NCBI RefSeq assembly: GCF_963921235.1
Contig: NC_086109.1
Span: forward strand, 24,182,001-24,246,000
Origin: Mobula hypostoma
Taxonomy: Eukaryota
Reading direction: 5' to 3'
Length of the DNA stretch: 64,000 nt
A model generated the notes under the pieces. It did no database searches. It was not told where the DNA came from and was given only the letters and a program-made list of their open reading frames with translations. The translations under genes were made by a program, and so were the position numbers. The stretch's first letter is position 1, and every line of letters starts with the position of its first letter. This document shows, one piece after another, positions 50,039 to 63,194 of this stretch.

Positions 50039-50760
50039 ATTTCCTAACGTTTTGCCTATCTTTCCAGCTGAGCTATATCTCGCTGTGGCCTTAGGCAAAC
50101 TCCCTCACTAACCACAACACAGCCAACTTTAGTGTCATCCACAAATATAACTTAACATACGCCCTTGTAAGATTAATGTTCTTGGTAGTTCTCAGATGGA
50201 ATCTAATCACCAGAGAAAGTTATGAGGTAACACAAAATATACCATCTTCAGACCCATTGTGACAAGGTTTCACATTCTCATTACTTACATCACGCAGTTA
50301 AACATAATGAGTTCTACTTGTGAGCCTTTGAAAGAAAAGGGTGGGATATTGGCAAGCAACTTGTTGTGTTTCCACTAGGCTGACTGGAGGCACAGTGGAT
50401 ATTAGGTTAGAAATGTTTCTCAGTAATGCTGAATGGAGGACTTCAAATAATTGATGATGTGAAACAAATGGACCTAGAAAATCAGATTCATTGTGTTCTT
50501 CTCTAGGTATTGAACATAATTTCCAGCAATTCAATCTGCACCTCTTTGAAAATTCAACCTGAGGTTGCTGCTTTGGAATCACCCTTGTATATCCGACATA
50601 ATTCTCACACCAGGCGGACACGGAGTGATGTCATCCCTGTTTGATGATCTTTTCTGGAGCACTCCCCAGAGAAAATATTACATGTTGTTCTGAGAAGTGT
50701 CAATTCTCAGCCACACCTAAAGAGCTGGGCTAAAAATGCTCCTTGCACCCAAAATAGGGA

Positions 50761-53700
50761 TTCAAGATTCAAGATTGTTTAATGTTGCTTCCAGTATGCA
50801 TGTGTAAATAAGAACAAAATATTTGTTACCCTGGATTTGATGCAGCACAAAAAGAAACACAAATGATAAAGAACACAACAATAATAATAATAATAATAAT
50901 AATAAGCACAATAAATATAAAGACATAATACAGCTTATATACATAGACTAAAGTTTAGACAAACTTCTGTAGATGTATGGTGGAGAATATATTGACTGGT
51001 TGCATCATGGCTTGGTATGGAAACAGCAATACCGTTGATTGGAAAAGCCTACACACAGTAGTGGATACAGTCCAATCCATTATGGCAAAGTCCTCCCCAT
51101 CTACACGGAGCACTGTTGCAGGAAAGCAGCATTCATTATCAAAGACCCCCACCACCCAGACCATGGTCTCTTCTCAATGCTGCCATTAGGAAGAAGGTTA
51201 CAGGAGCCTTAAGACCCACACCACTAGGTTCAGGACCAGTTATTACCGGTCAACTATCAGGCCCTTGAATCCTAGGAAATAACTTCACGCCCCATCACTG
51301 AATTTTTGAACTCACTTTCAAGGACTCTTCATCTCAAGTTCTCCATATGTATTGATTATTTATTATTATTTTTACTTTTTGTATTTGCACAGTTTATCTT
51401 TTGCACATTACTTGAACGTTCAAGTTGGTGCGGACTTCCACTGAATCTATTGTGCTTCTTGTATTTACTGTGAATGCCTGCAAGCAAATGAATCTCCGGG
51501 TTGTATATGGTGACATCTATGTACTTTAATAAAAAAGTTACTTTGAAATTTGATTGTATGCTCATTAGTGATGCCAGGCTCTACATAAAGTAACTAACAG
51601 CAAATAATAAAGTAGTGGAGGAGGTTTTGATCAACCTTACTGTTTGGGGGAAGTAATTGTTTTTAAGTCTCCTGTGGTCCTGATATGGATGCTACGTAGC
51701 TACCCCCTGAAGGAGGTGGGACAAATAGTTCATGAGCAGGGTGGGTGGGATCCTTCATGATGTTACTGAACCTTTCCCAGATCCTTTTTGTATATTTGTC
51801 CTTGATGACGGGTAGGCTGATGCCGGTGATGAGTTGGGCAGTTCTGACTGCCTGTTGTAGAACTTTCCTGTCTGCTGCAGTGCAGTTTCCATACCAATCA
51901 GTGACGCAGCTTGTCAGGATGTTCTCTACTGCGTATTGGCAGAATAACAAGAGTATGGAAGTCCAGCCCCCTTCAGCCTTCTCAGAAAGTAGAGGCATGG
52001 GTGAGCTTTCTTGATTGTGCAGGATGTGTTTTGGGACCATGAGGTGTTATGTGTGATGTGCACTCCCAGGAGTTTAAAACTGCTTGCAGTTTCCACTGAA
52101 GTAAAGAGTCATACGAGTTCTCCCGAAATTGATAACCATTTCCTTTGTCTTGTTGACATTAAGGCAGAGGTTGTTTGCCTGGCATGAGGCGTCAAGCTCT
52201 TTCACCTCCTCTCTTTCACCGCATCTCATCATGAGTCCCACCACTGTTGTGTCATCGGCAAACTTGACAATATGATGGCTCAGATGCTTGGCCATGCAGT
52301 CATGTGTGAACAGAGAGTACAGAAATTGGCTCAGCACACAGCCCTGGGGGGCACCCATGTTGAGGAAGATGGAGAGGGCAGAGTGGTTGGTCATCCTGAC
52401 TATCTGAGGTCTGTTCAATAGGAATTGCAACATCTATTTGCAGATTGGTGCATTTAGACTGAGGATTAGGAGTGTGTTCACCGAGGTCTGTGGGACAATA
52501 GTGTTGAAAGCCAAAATGAAATCCAGAAACAGCGCTCTGACATAATTGTTCTTGTTTTCTAGATATGTCAGGGGAAATGCAAAGGCATCTGTCATAAAGT
52601 GGTTCATTCAGTAAACATATTTGTGACAGTCTCATGCGGCAGAACTGGAGTTTTTGATATGTGCCATTATATGTTGTTCAAAGCACTTCATGATGATTGG
52701 CATCAGTGCCACTGGGCAGAAGTTGTTTAGTTCTGAAGGTGTAGCGTTCTTTGGTACAGGGATTCTGGTGGCTAATTTGAAGCATGTGGGGACAGCAACC
52801 TGGATGAGTGAAGTGTTGAAGATGTCAGTGAGCTGGAGTGCACACTCCCTGCGTACTTGTCCTAGGATGTTGCTTAGCCCTGCCTTACAGAAGGACTCTC
52901 TGCAGCGTCTTTCTCGTGTCTACTACTGCTACAGACAGTGGCTGTTCACCCGGGAACAGGGGTAGCTTTCGTGGCCGGCATTGCGTGGCATGTATCAAAG
53001 CATGCATAGAGGTTGTTAAGTGGGAGGTGTCACTGGTACAGTCAAAGCTTTTTTTCCTCTGTGTAGTCAATAATGCCCTCGATGCCCATCCACATACACA
53101 GGGGATCATTATCGGAAATGCATTCCAGAACTTTTGTGTGTCGACGGCCTTTACCCTCTTGATGCCCAAGGTGCGGATTCTTCTGGCTCCTCTGAGGGGT
53201 GTTCTATCGCTGGACTTGAAGGCTTTTAGTTTCAGTGTTCAGTCAGGGTTTCTGGTTGGGCTATGAGATGACTGTTCCTGAGGTACTAACATTGTCTATA
53301 CTCTTACTGATGTAACCAATGACACGGCCTGTGTCTTCATCATTTGTGGCAGCCTCCTTGAACATCTGCCAGTTGGTCTGTTCAAAGCAGTCATGGAGCA
53401 TAGAGCTTGCCTCATTAGGCCATACAGTAATGGCCCTCTTGACCATTCTCCATGTTCAGAAGCGGTCAGTACGCTGGGATTTACATAATAGAGATGTGGT
53501 CGGGGGGGCCAAGATGACGGTGTGGGATGACTTTGTAAGTACCACATTGGCTTGTATAAATATAGTCTCGTCTGTTTGTTCCCCTAGAGGCCATGGTGAC
53601 GTGTTGGTTGAACTTCGGTAAAATGTCCTGCAGGTTAACATGATTGACGTCTCCTACAATTGTGGAGAGACCGTCCGGACACTTCTTTTATAGAGAGTTG

Positions 53701-54660
53701 ATGATGCTGTAAAGCTCTCCCGGTGGGCTGTTGGTGTTGGTGCTCAGGGGAATATGTAAACAGTGGTGATGACCATACAGTAAACTCCCTGAGCAGGTAA
53801 TGTGGCTGACATTTAATTGTAAGATGTTTAATTGTTCCAGAACAGTGACTGCTAACTACAGATGAGTTTGTGCACCAACCTTTGTTAATGTACACACGGA
53901 TTCCATTTCCTTTGGATTTCCCTGACAGGGAGTTCCTTGTTGTGTGGAACAGAGTCATCCCATCGAGTTGAAATGCCTAGTCAGGCATGTTGTTGTTTAG
54001 CCGATTTCAGTGAAAACCAGAATGCAGCAGTTTCTCATCTCTTTCCATGCGTTCACTCTCAGTCTCTGTAAGTCCATTTTATTGTCTGGCATGTGGACTT
54101 TGGCCAGGAAAAGTGATGGTACAATCGGTCTGGTCAGGTTAGCTCTCAGCCAGCCATCGCAGGCCCTATACTGTCGCCATTGACACAGGGTCCTCAGGGT
54201 TCTGTGATGAATGACAGGGATGGGTGCCCCTGGTGAAGGATGAGTGGAAGTCAGGAGGAAGACATGTTGAGCTCTGGTGACGGAGTGCTGGGTGGGGATA
54301 GAGATAGAAGTTCTATCTCCACCTGACTCCGCATCATGCATGAGCAATAAGTTGTTGGGACCTGTAGCAGGGGAGACATCAGAACCTGCTGACAGACAGA
54401 TTGAGGTGGAGAGGAGATAGAGGCATTAGTGGCTAGTGATGGATGGTGGATGGTCAGAGGCAAGAGTCAGTTCAGGGCTGAGGAAGTAGTGGGTGTGTTG
54501 GAGATGGGGGGAATGGTGGCCCCAAAGTAACTGAGAGACTGGAAATTGTGATTCATAAGTTTAACTCTGGAAAAAAGAAAACCAACGTCCAACAAAATAC
54601 AGAAAAAATGCATGAGTGCAATCAAAACCATTATGCAATCCGATTTCCAAGAAAGCAAGC
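50761..54660 (-). mobile_element. Near full-length decayed Rex1/Babar LINE (APE + RT)
   Basis: RPIVPSLFLA, ILVFTE, YINKGWC (APE); GAPQGCVLS..LYSLFTHDC..KFADDTTVVGL (RT); IMKDPTHPAH; (gaatctt)n tail at 50761; many frameshifts; 5' limit uncertain. Confidence 0.85.
50955..51551 (+). mobile_element. Rex1/Babar 3' fragment nested in the 3' UTR of the minus-strand Rex1
   Basis: VENILTGCIMAWYGN; host sequence atatacatagact|gattgtatg is contiguous in the related copy near 44355-44375. Confidence 0.85.
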
Positions 54661-55544
54661 TCTACTAAGGTTGTTCCAGGCTCAAACAGCATTCAGGGAA
54701 AATTCCATGGCCTACCTCTTTCCTTTTGAACGTCAATCCTTCTACCCCTCCATTTCATCCCCAATCTGCAAATGTTACCCCAGGCCCTGATTCGCCAGTC
54801 AAGACCCTGATTTTCTCTCAGTCACAGGGCGTCGATTTTGGCTGGTCACCATCCACGTCTCCCTGAGAAGGCCCCAACCACTGGCCTGCTCTTACCTAGA
54901 GAAGCCCAGCTTTAGTCCATTCAAATGATGCCAGATGTCATATTTGCCTGACGCATGCATTCTTCATGAAGGCACGTGAAAGCAAGTGTGATATGTGGGT
55001 GTATATTTATTGCTCATCGTTAATTGTCCTTGAGAATCTGGTTGTGAGTTGTTTGTTGTTTTACTGTGTGTGGAGAAAGTAATACCAAAGTACTGACAGA
55101 AAAAAAAAGTTTCAAGGTTTTGACACACTGGATCTGAAGCAATGACAATATATTTCGTTGCAAGGTTTCAGAAGCAAAACAAGCTACAGAATAGCAAAGA
55201 TTCAACTGCTCTAGTGGGGAGGATAAGTGAGCGAGGGCAGCGGCTTGTCTTTTACATTCAACAATGGAAATTCAGACTGCTGGGGAACAAATTGGCTGGA
55301 ATGTTCACTTTAATTCAAGATGTTGCCCCGTTAAACTGGTTTGGAGTCACAGGTGGCTGGAGAAACAGCCTTTATACTGTCAGGTAATCTAAACCGAAAG
55401 CTGGGATACACTCTGAACCAACAAGAATGAGGCAGAACTACCCACAGAATTATTTGCTGAATGCTTATTACTGATTCAGACATTTACGTTATCTGAACTA
55501 ATTACAGTTGTGGAAGATTATTTGACCCCTCTTAATTCAGCAAT

Positions 55545-56103
55545 ACATCGTAGAAAGCATTCTTCTAGGGTGCATCACAACCTGATATGGAAGTTGTCTT
55601 GTCCAAGACTGAAAGAAGCTGCAGAAGATGGTGAACACGGCGCATCACATCACACAAACCAATCTTCCATCCTTGGACTCACTTTACACCACACGCTGTC
55701 GGAACAGTGCTGCCAGGATAATCAAGGACACGACCCACCCAGCCAACACACTTTTCGTCCCTCTTCCCTCCGGGAGAAGGCTCAGGAGCTTGAAGGCTCG
55801 TACGGCCAGATTTGGGAACAGCTTCTTTCCAACTGTGATAAGACTGCTGAACGGACCCCGACCTGGATCTGGGCCATACCCTCCAAATATCCGGACTTGC
55901 CTCTCGTTTTTTTTGCACTACCTTACTTTCCATTTTTCTATTTTCTATTTATGATTTATAATTTAAATGTTTAATATTTACTAATTTTTACTATTTTTAA
56001 TATTTAATATTTGTAATCCAGGGAGAGGGAAGCGCAGAATCAAATATCACTGTGATGATTGTATGTTCTAGTATCAATTGTTTGGCGACAAGAAAGTATA
56101 AAG
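55545..56103 (+). mobile_element. Young Rex1/Babar 3' fragment
   Basis: Open C-terminus AARIIKDTTHPANTLFVPLPSGRRLRS..RFGNSFFP; CpGs retained. Confidence 0.9.
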
Positions 56104-56379
56104 ATTCCAAGCCCTGGTTCAATCGTACATCCAATTGTTAAGTAACTCCAAGGTTGCTTTCCTTTCATTATCTAGATTTGTATTCCACATACTATTCATA
56201 ATTAGTCCAAAAAGATTTACATCCTGATATCCTCTTTTACTAGTTTGAAGCTCTGTTCTTTGAATTGACTCATGTCTAAATTTAAAGTAACATTATTGGT
56301 TCAAAAGCCAGGAACACTCTGCAGATCAAGCAGCATCTGTGGAGAGAGACAGAACCAATATTTCAGGTCAATGGTTATT

Positions 56380-56886
56380 TTTGGTGGCCTCACTATAGGA
56401 AGGATGTGGAAGCATTAGAAAGGGTACAGAGGAGATTTACCAGGATGCTGCCTGGTTTAGAGAGTATGCATTATGATCAGAGATTAAGGGAGCTAGGGCT
56501 TTACTCTCTGGAGAGAAGGAGGATGAGAGGAGACATGATAGAGGTGTACAACATAACAAGAGGAATAGATAGAGTGGATAGCCAGTGCCTCTTCCCCAGG
56601 GCACCACTGCTCAATACAAGAGGACATGGATTTAAGGTAAGGGGTGGGAAGTTCAAAGGGGATATTAGAGGAAGGTTTTTTTTTACTCAGAGAGTGGTTG
56701 GTGCGTGGAATGCACTGCCTGAGTCAGTGGTGGAGGTAGATACACTCGTGAAGTTTAAGAGACTACTAGACAGGTATATGGAGGAATTTAAGGTGGGGGG
56801 TTATATGGGAGGCAGGGTTTGAGGGTCGGCACAACATTGTGGGCCGAAGGGCCTGTAATGTGCTGTACTATTCTATGTTCTATGTT
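56380..56886 (+). mobile_element. Young CR1 3' fragment inserted in the centre of an old palindromic Penelope-derived element (56305-57000)
   Basis: Uninterrupted 138-aa ORF2 C-terminus (LERVQRRFTRMLPG..RGDMIEVY..FFTQRVV); tail (ttctatg)2. Confidence 0.9.
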
Positions 56887-57993
56887 TTCAGAAGCAGTTC
56901 TAATGAAGGGTTATTGAGCTGAAATATTGCAGTCTGACCTGCTGAGTGTTTCTGACATCTCTTAACTTTGTTTCAGATTTCCTGCATCTGCAGCATTTTC
57001 TTGCAATATATATTCTGGTTAAAGGTTTCCTGAAACAATTTATTATATCAGCTTTTTATTATCTGGTTCCTGGTGTTTCACAGAGCCCAGAACTCCAATC
57101 TTTGAATTCAGTCTTGTAGTTCCTCTGTGTGCTGCTTCCACTGTTTGAATGTCCCCTCTGCCTCTCCGTCTCTGTGACCAGAACAAGACCTGAAGTTCAC
57201 AACTTGCAATGGCCAGAGGAATTTGATCACATGCTCTTTGAATCCGCGCTGCTGGTGACATTTTGGATTCTGTGCTTTCTGCTAGTCCCCGAGGGCTATC
57301 AGTAAATGTAATTTACACCAGCAATGAAAAAGGAACAGCACCTTCCCAAAAGGGTTAATTAAACTGGCAGCACGATGGTGACTGGCTAGAAATTACTGGT
57401 GAATAATGGGGTGTTAAAGGAGCCTATTTAGGCCAACAATTTGCAGATTAACATTTCAAGAGGTGAAGACTAGAACCATTAATCTTCTCTTAACTCATTC
57501 ATACTGCCAGGCTCTGGGACAAACCACTGGATTACATATACAAAGACTTTTACTTGACTCCACAGTACTGAAGTCCTGATCGTCCACAGTAGTTAGCACG
57601 GCTAAATATACAGTATGTATATTACATATTAAAGCAGACAGCGGTGACATAGGGAAGGGGGCAGCGACGTTTAGGGAAGTGCACAGTTTCAATTCCCTAA
57701 TCCATCGCCACTCTTGGTGCTCCAGATGCATCCGCTGTGGCTCAGTTGGTAGTGCACTTGACTTTGAGTCAGAAGGTCATCGGTTCAGATTCCTCTTTAA
57801 AGAGTCTTGAGGGCCTAATTGAAGCCGAGACTCCCAGTGCAGCACTGTGGGACCACAACACCACTGGTGCTCTTTCAAAGGGGATGTTAACTAAAGCTCT
57901 GCCTCCCCTCTCGAGTATGCATATAATAATGCACGTGTCACTCTGAATAAAGATTAGCTTTATCTGTCACATGTACATCAAAATATACAGTGA

Positions 57994-58224
57994 CTGGGAG
58001 ATCTTTTTGCTGAACACCTACGCTCTGTCCGCCAGAGAAAGCAGAATCTCCCAGTGGCCATACATTTTAATTCCATGTCCCATTTCCAGTCTGATATGTC
58101 TATCCACGACCTCCTCTACTGTAAAGATGAAGCCACACTCAGGTTGGAGGAACAACACCTTATATTCCGTCTGGGTAGCCTCCAACCTGATGGCATGAAC
58201 ATTGACTTCTCAAACTTCTGCTAA
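57994..58224 (+). pseudogene. Penelope GIY-YIG endonuclease, C-terminal 76 aa (no start codon, absent from the ORF track)
   Basis: Manual translation: LGDLFAEHLRSVRQRKQNLPVAIHFNSMSH..LRLEEQHLIFRLGSLQPDGMNIDFSNFC*. Confidence 0.85.
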
Positions 58225-58520
58225 TGCCCCACCTCCCCCTCGTACCCCATCCGTTATTTATTTGTATACACACATTCTTTTTCTCTCTCTCCTTTTTCTC
58301 CCTCTGTCCCTCTCACTATACTCCTTGCCCATCCTCTGGGTTTCCCCCCAGCCCCTTTTCTTTCTCCCTGGGCCTCCTGTCCCATGATCCTCTCGTATCC
58401 CTTTTGCCAATCACCTGTCCAGCTCTTGGCTCCATCCCTCCCCCTCCTGTCTTCTCCTATCATTTCGGATCTCCCCCTCCCCCTCCCACTTTCAAATCTC
58501 TTACTGGCTCTGCTTTCAGT

Positions 58521-58558
58521 TAGTCCTGACGAAGGGTCTCGGCCTGAAACGTCGACTG
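58521..58558 (+). ncRNA. Minimal type I hammerhead ribozyme motif
   Basis: Stem I tagtc/gactg, core CTGACGA (58526-58532), stem II agg..cct, GAAA (58546-58549), palindromic ACGT, GTC cleavage triplet (58551-58553). Confidence 0.8.
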
Positions 58559-59521
58559 TACCTCTTCCTAGAGATGCTGCCTGGCCTGCTGCGTTCACCA
58601 GTAACGTTTATGTGTATCAGTGAAATGCATAGTTTTGTATTGATAACCAACACAGCCAGACGATGCACTTCAGGCAGCCCACAAGGATCTCCACACTTCT
58701 GGCACCAATATAGCATGCCCACAACTTACTAAGCGGTATGTCTTTGAAATGTGGGGGGAAACTGGAGCACCGGGAGAAAACCTACATGGTCTCGGGTAGA
58801 ATGTACAATCTCCTTACAGTCAGTGGCGGGATTTGAACCCCGATTGCTGGCGCAGTCACATGTCATGCTAACTGCTATCGCACCACCATGAAGAAGGGAA
58901 GAAGAAATTCACCTCTTATCCTGCAGCCTGGCTAACACTGATCCCCCAAATAACAACTCAAAAGAATATCTGTGCAAACCTCCTGCATGCAAATCGATTA
59001 CTGTTCTCCCACAGTAATGACTACATGCAAAATGCATTTTGATGACTAGAAAGCACTTTGGACACCTTAAAGGCTCCTTCAGATGTTTTTGCATACCCAC
59101 ATGGGCACTGCAATGGGAATACCCTCTCAGTTGTTGCACAAGGCCTAAAGCATTTCACAGCTGATGACTTGGAGTGCAAGTACCAATGATCAGGGCTGAG
59201 GGTGAGCTGAGTGACAGTGTTATGTGGTAGGGTACAGTTTGGAGATCAGAGCATTTGGAAATGTTGTGATTGGGTATTCGAGGGTGGGGCAGAGAGACTG
59301 GAGCATCAGGGGATTGAGGGACAGAGGTGTGAAGGAGCTGGGTACCAGAAGGATGCAAGGTAAAAGGGCATCCCGTTGCAAATACCAGGCTGTTCCCTGT
59401 ATGGTTGATGATGGAACAACTTTGTTTTAATTATCCCACAAAGCCCAGAGAGAAACCTTGCATAGGGAATGCCATCATCCCATGCTCCCAATGTAGAAAT
59501 CATATATTTTTATGTTTTTTT

Positions 59522-59752
59522 ATTTAGAGGTACAGTACAATAACAGACCCTTCTGCCCATTTTCACTCATGTGACCTATTAATCTACTAACCCGTATGTC
59601 TTTGGAATGTGGGAGGAAACCAGATCACCCGGAGGAAACCCACATTATCATGTGGAGAACGTACAAACTCCTGACAGATAATGGAGGGAACTGAAGCTGG
59701 GCGGCTGGCATTCTTAAAGTGATGTGCTAACCACTACACCACTGTGCCGCCA
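59522..59752 (-). mobile_element. V-SINE (HE1-like)
   Basis: ctttggaatgtgggaggaaacc..cccggaggaaaccca is the reverse-complement V-domain. Confidence 0.85.
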
Positions 59753-60561
59753 CACGATCCGGCAGATCGTGTCAGTGGTGTAATGGTGACTCGTACTGGA
59801 AGCAGACGGTCAAATTTCCAGATGGACGATAAACAATTTCAATTGGTAGAGTACTGAAGAAGGATGCTATAACATCATGTTTCTTGGCCACTATACAAAT
59901 GCAGGCCTTTCTCTACACGCCTGAAATTTGCAATAAAAGGGGGAAAATCCATATCTATTCCGTCAGCAAAACTTTCACCTGTATGACAGGATCTTTATCC
60001 ATCAGCACTCTTGTTTTCCTCCAATATCCATAATCTAAAGTTCACCTAAAGCCTTCCCAGTACCCACCCCCCACAACCCCCCCCCCCACTCCACCACTCT
60101 ACCAGTGTTGCTTACTCAGACTGTCTCCTGGTTCAAACTTACTGTTTCCTTTCTCATCTTCCCTCCCAATCCCTGTTGCTTCCTACATCCATACAAGTAT
60201 CTGAAATCTCTGAGCTCATGCAGTTCCTGGCTTTAACATCTCCCCATTCCCTTTATTCCATCATTACCTCATATACTCTGGACCTTCCTCTTTAAACCTT
60301 TAACAATATCTCCTTGAGATGCTTCTCCAAACTTTTGCTCATAAGATGTTCTATTATATTTCTTTGAATTAACGTGGAGCATTTTGCCACATTACAGAGG
60401 TCTTGTTCATGCAGTTGTTTTCATTGATGTACTGAGGTCTGGGCGCCCAGGTTCAGTTCTGCTCTGTGTTTACCCAGTGTGTATCAGATACTAATGATTT
60501 GCTCGAACACAAAGTTAAGAACCAGTCCAAACAGATCACAAACATCTAAACTCAGGCCAAA

Positions 60562-60795
60562 TGGGTGACATGTTAGCATAATGCTACTACGGTGCCAGCA
60601 ACCCAGGTTCAAGTCCTTCCATTGCCTGTACAGAAATTGTACATTCTCCCCTTAACCAGTAGGTTTCCTCTGGGACTTCTAGTTTCCTCCCACATTCCAA
60701 AGGCATAAAGATTGGTAGGTAAGTAGGTCACGTGGGTGTAATTGGGCAGCACAGGCTCGTTGGACCAGAAGGGCCTGTTACAGTGCTGTATAGAC
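60562..60795 (+). mobile_element. V-SINE (HE1-like)
   Basis: B box ggttcaagtcc, V-domain, gaagggcctgtt tail. Confidence 0.8.
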
Positions 60796-61154
60796 ATAAC
60801 CCGAACTAACTTGACCATTGCCAGAAGGGTAATTGTCCTGAGGACCCCATGCTAGACAACACAGGAGCCCAGCCATTACTGCAGGGAAGAAGGAACAATG
60901 CGTAAGATGTGGTTAGTGTGACCTGTCCAGTTTAACCTGCCCTGAATCCAAGGATTTACATTTCTCAGACGTGGCCCAGCCTGGAATCTGATGCGAATAG
61001 ATTAATCTAATAGATGCTCAAGTCAGTAGCCAGGATCTACCAGCTGGATAAGTACACAGCACAATACAGGCCATTTGGCCCAACAGACTTCTTGTCACCC
61101 AGTTACCGCAACTAACCCTACTCGCATATGATTCCTCACTCACTTCTTATTCAA

Positions 61155-62380
61155 AACAGAGAAAATTTACAAGGATGTTGCTGGGATTTGAGGACCTGAG
61201 GTAAAATTTGAATAGGTTAGGACTTTTTCCCCTGGAATGTAGGAGAAGAAGGGAGATTTGATAGATGCAAACAAAATTACTAGAGGTATAGATAGGGTAA
61301 ATGCAAGTTGGATTTATCCGCTGAGGTTGTGTGAGAATAGAACTCTTCTGGTAAAATACCTACAAGTTTGGACACAGCAACTTCTAAGGAGCCAACCAAA
61401 GGTGCTATTGCCATTTTAAAAACGTTTTTTTTTATGATCACCAGGACTTGCTGGACGGTAAGAACTTAAAGTAGTGCAGGTGCACCACATTAATGAGTTG
61501 CTCATTGGCAAAGAAACTGAAGGAGCTGGACTTGGTGAGGATTGTTCTGCTGCATGTGACAGAGAGGTGTTGGAGTAGGTGCGCAAGAAGGCATGCAGTC
61601 TAACAGTGAGCAATTGTCTCAGTCACTTTTCCTGTGATCACAGGACCCTGTTAGACGTTGTTAATGTGGAATGCCGCAAGTCCGATTCATTGTTTTATTG
61701 GGACCTGTGTGGCCTCGGTCATAGCAAGTACTAGGCCTCAAGCCACAGCGTTGCCTGTTTGCAGCTGCCCCATAGAGAGGTTGAGTTGGAGTACTCCACT
61801 GGAGTGCCGGAGGCGGTGTGATGTGGCATGCATGCTGGAGTTGCTACTGGCCCCCACTGTTCACTTGGCAGAAAACAAGGTGTATTATGTTCGACTGCTG
61901 ACTGCTGCAACATTCATGTACTCAGGGACTCGGACTTTTTTCTGTGTGACTATTTTACTGCTGTCTTGTATGTCCTGCTAATGGCTGCTGGTACTGTGTT
62001 TTGCACCTTGGCTGCGGACCAGCACTGTTTTGTCTGGCTGTGTTCCTAGGAGTTCATGTATGGTTGAATGACAATTAAACTTGAACTTGACCTAGAGGCC
62101 ATAGGTTAAGGGTGAGAGGTGAAATATTTATGAGGAAAATGAGGGGAAACTTCTTCAATCAGAGGGTCATGCGAGTGTGGAACAAGATATCAGCAGTAGT
62201 GGCGGATTGGGGTTTGACTGCAATATTTTAGAGAAGTTTGGATAAGTACATGGATGGGAGGGGTATAGGGAGGGGGATATAGTCCAAGTGTGGGTCGATG
62301 CGAATAGGAAGAATAACGGTCCAGTATGGACCAGATGAGCTAAAGGGCCTATTTCTGTACTGTAAGACTTTATAACTCTG
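61155..62380 (+). mobile_element. CR1 3' fragment interrupted by a ~750-bp insertion (61345-62090)
   Basis: CR1 halves 61155-61344 and 62091-62380 are collinear with 35245-35715; the insert ends aatgacaattaaacttgaacttga. Confidence 0.75.
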
Positions 62381-63194
62381 AAACAAAAGGAGTCAGTGGC
62401 TGAAAACTCTCCAGAAGGTCACGATGGCTTGGATCTTTACACTCTTTGGGGAGAGAGAGAGGAAACCAGGAAGGATGAGCAGAAAGAGGAGAAGCTCTTA
62501 ATATTTACAAAAATACAAATCAATAAACAAGCCACTTCAAGCTCAAGTAGGCACTTGAGTTAAGTGGAAAGTCCCTGGAGTGGAGAACAATTTAAAGAGT
62601 TAGAACCAGTCTGAGACCTTTAGCAAGTATGGAATCCCTGTGTCTAATCTGAGTGATCCATTACCTGCACACAGCTGTTCTCAGCTGCTGAACCACTGTC
62701 TCCTGATCAGAAACATAATCAGCCATGAAAAGCCTGTAAACGTCTCTCTGTAGAGAGCTTTCTATATTCCTGTTCCTTCACAGAGCAGCGTATCAAAGTG
62801 TGACACACTGGATTGGCTCAAGGGATAAAATAGTATAAAATTCAGTCAGCAATTTGTGTATTATGAATTCCAAGATAAATAGTGGACACTTATTCATGGG
62901 TAGTAAACCCAAGGCGAAAGAAGCACAGTGCAGCCTGCTCTGAAAATTTAAATTCTTTGCATCTTTTGCCAACTCTTTCACATTCATTCAGACTTTGCAC
63001 TGTGGTACAAAAAACAGTGTGTTCCTCTGCTCCATTACTCCAGTAAACATGTTGTTATTACATCCTCATGCACACATATTGTGCCTTTTGCATTGTGTAA
63101 TATCCCAAGGGCCTACAGTACCTACAGTATAAAGAACCTATAGGACAAGCAACCATAGCTTAGTTGAGGAGATAGCATGTTGTTAAGTAGAGAA

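Larger units (their letters stand above)
47095..50145 (-). mobile_element. Old CR1 3' fragment split by multiple nested insertions
   Basis: Collinear CR1 pieces at 47095-47225, 47879-48069, 48295-48390, 49110-49165, 49864-49932, ~50050-50145. Confidence 0.6.
57994..58617 (+). mobile_element. Penelope-like retroelement 3' fragment
   Basis: GIY-YIG C-terminal frame, pyrimidine-rich UTR, hammerhead motif; cagtga duplicated at 57988-57993 and 58618-58623. Confidence 0.9.
57737..59080 (+). mobile_element. Deu-domain SINE split by a V-SINE (57948-58888, minus strand)
   Basis: Head gtggctcagttggtag..gagtcagaaggt..ggttca; resumes at ~58889 gaagaag..aaagcactttgga. Confidence 0.7.
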
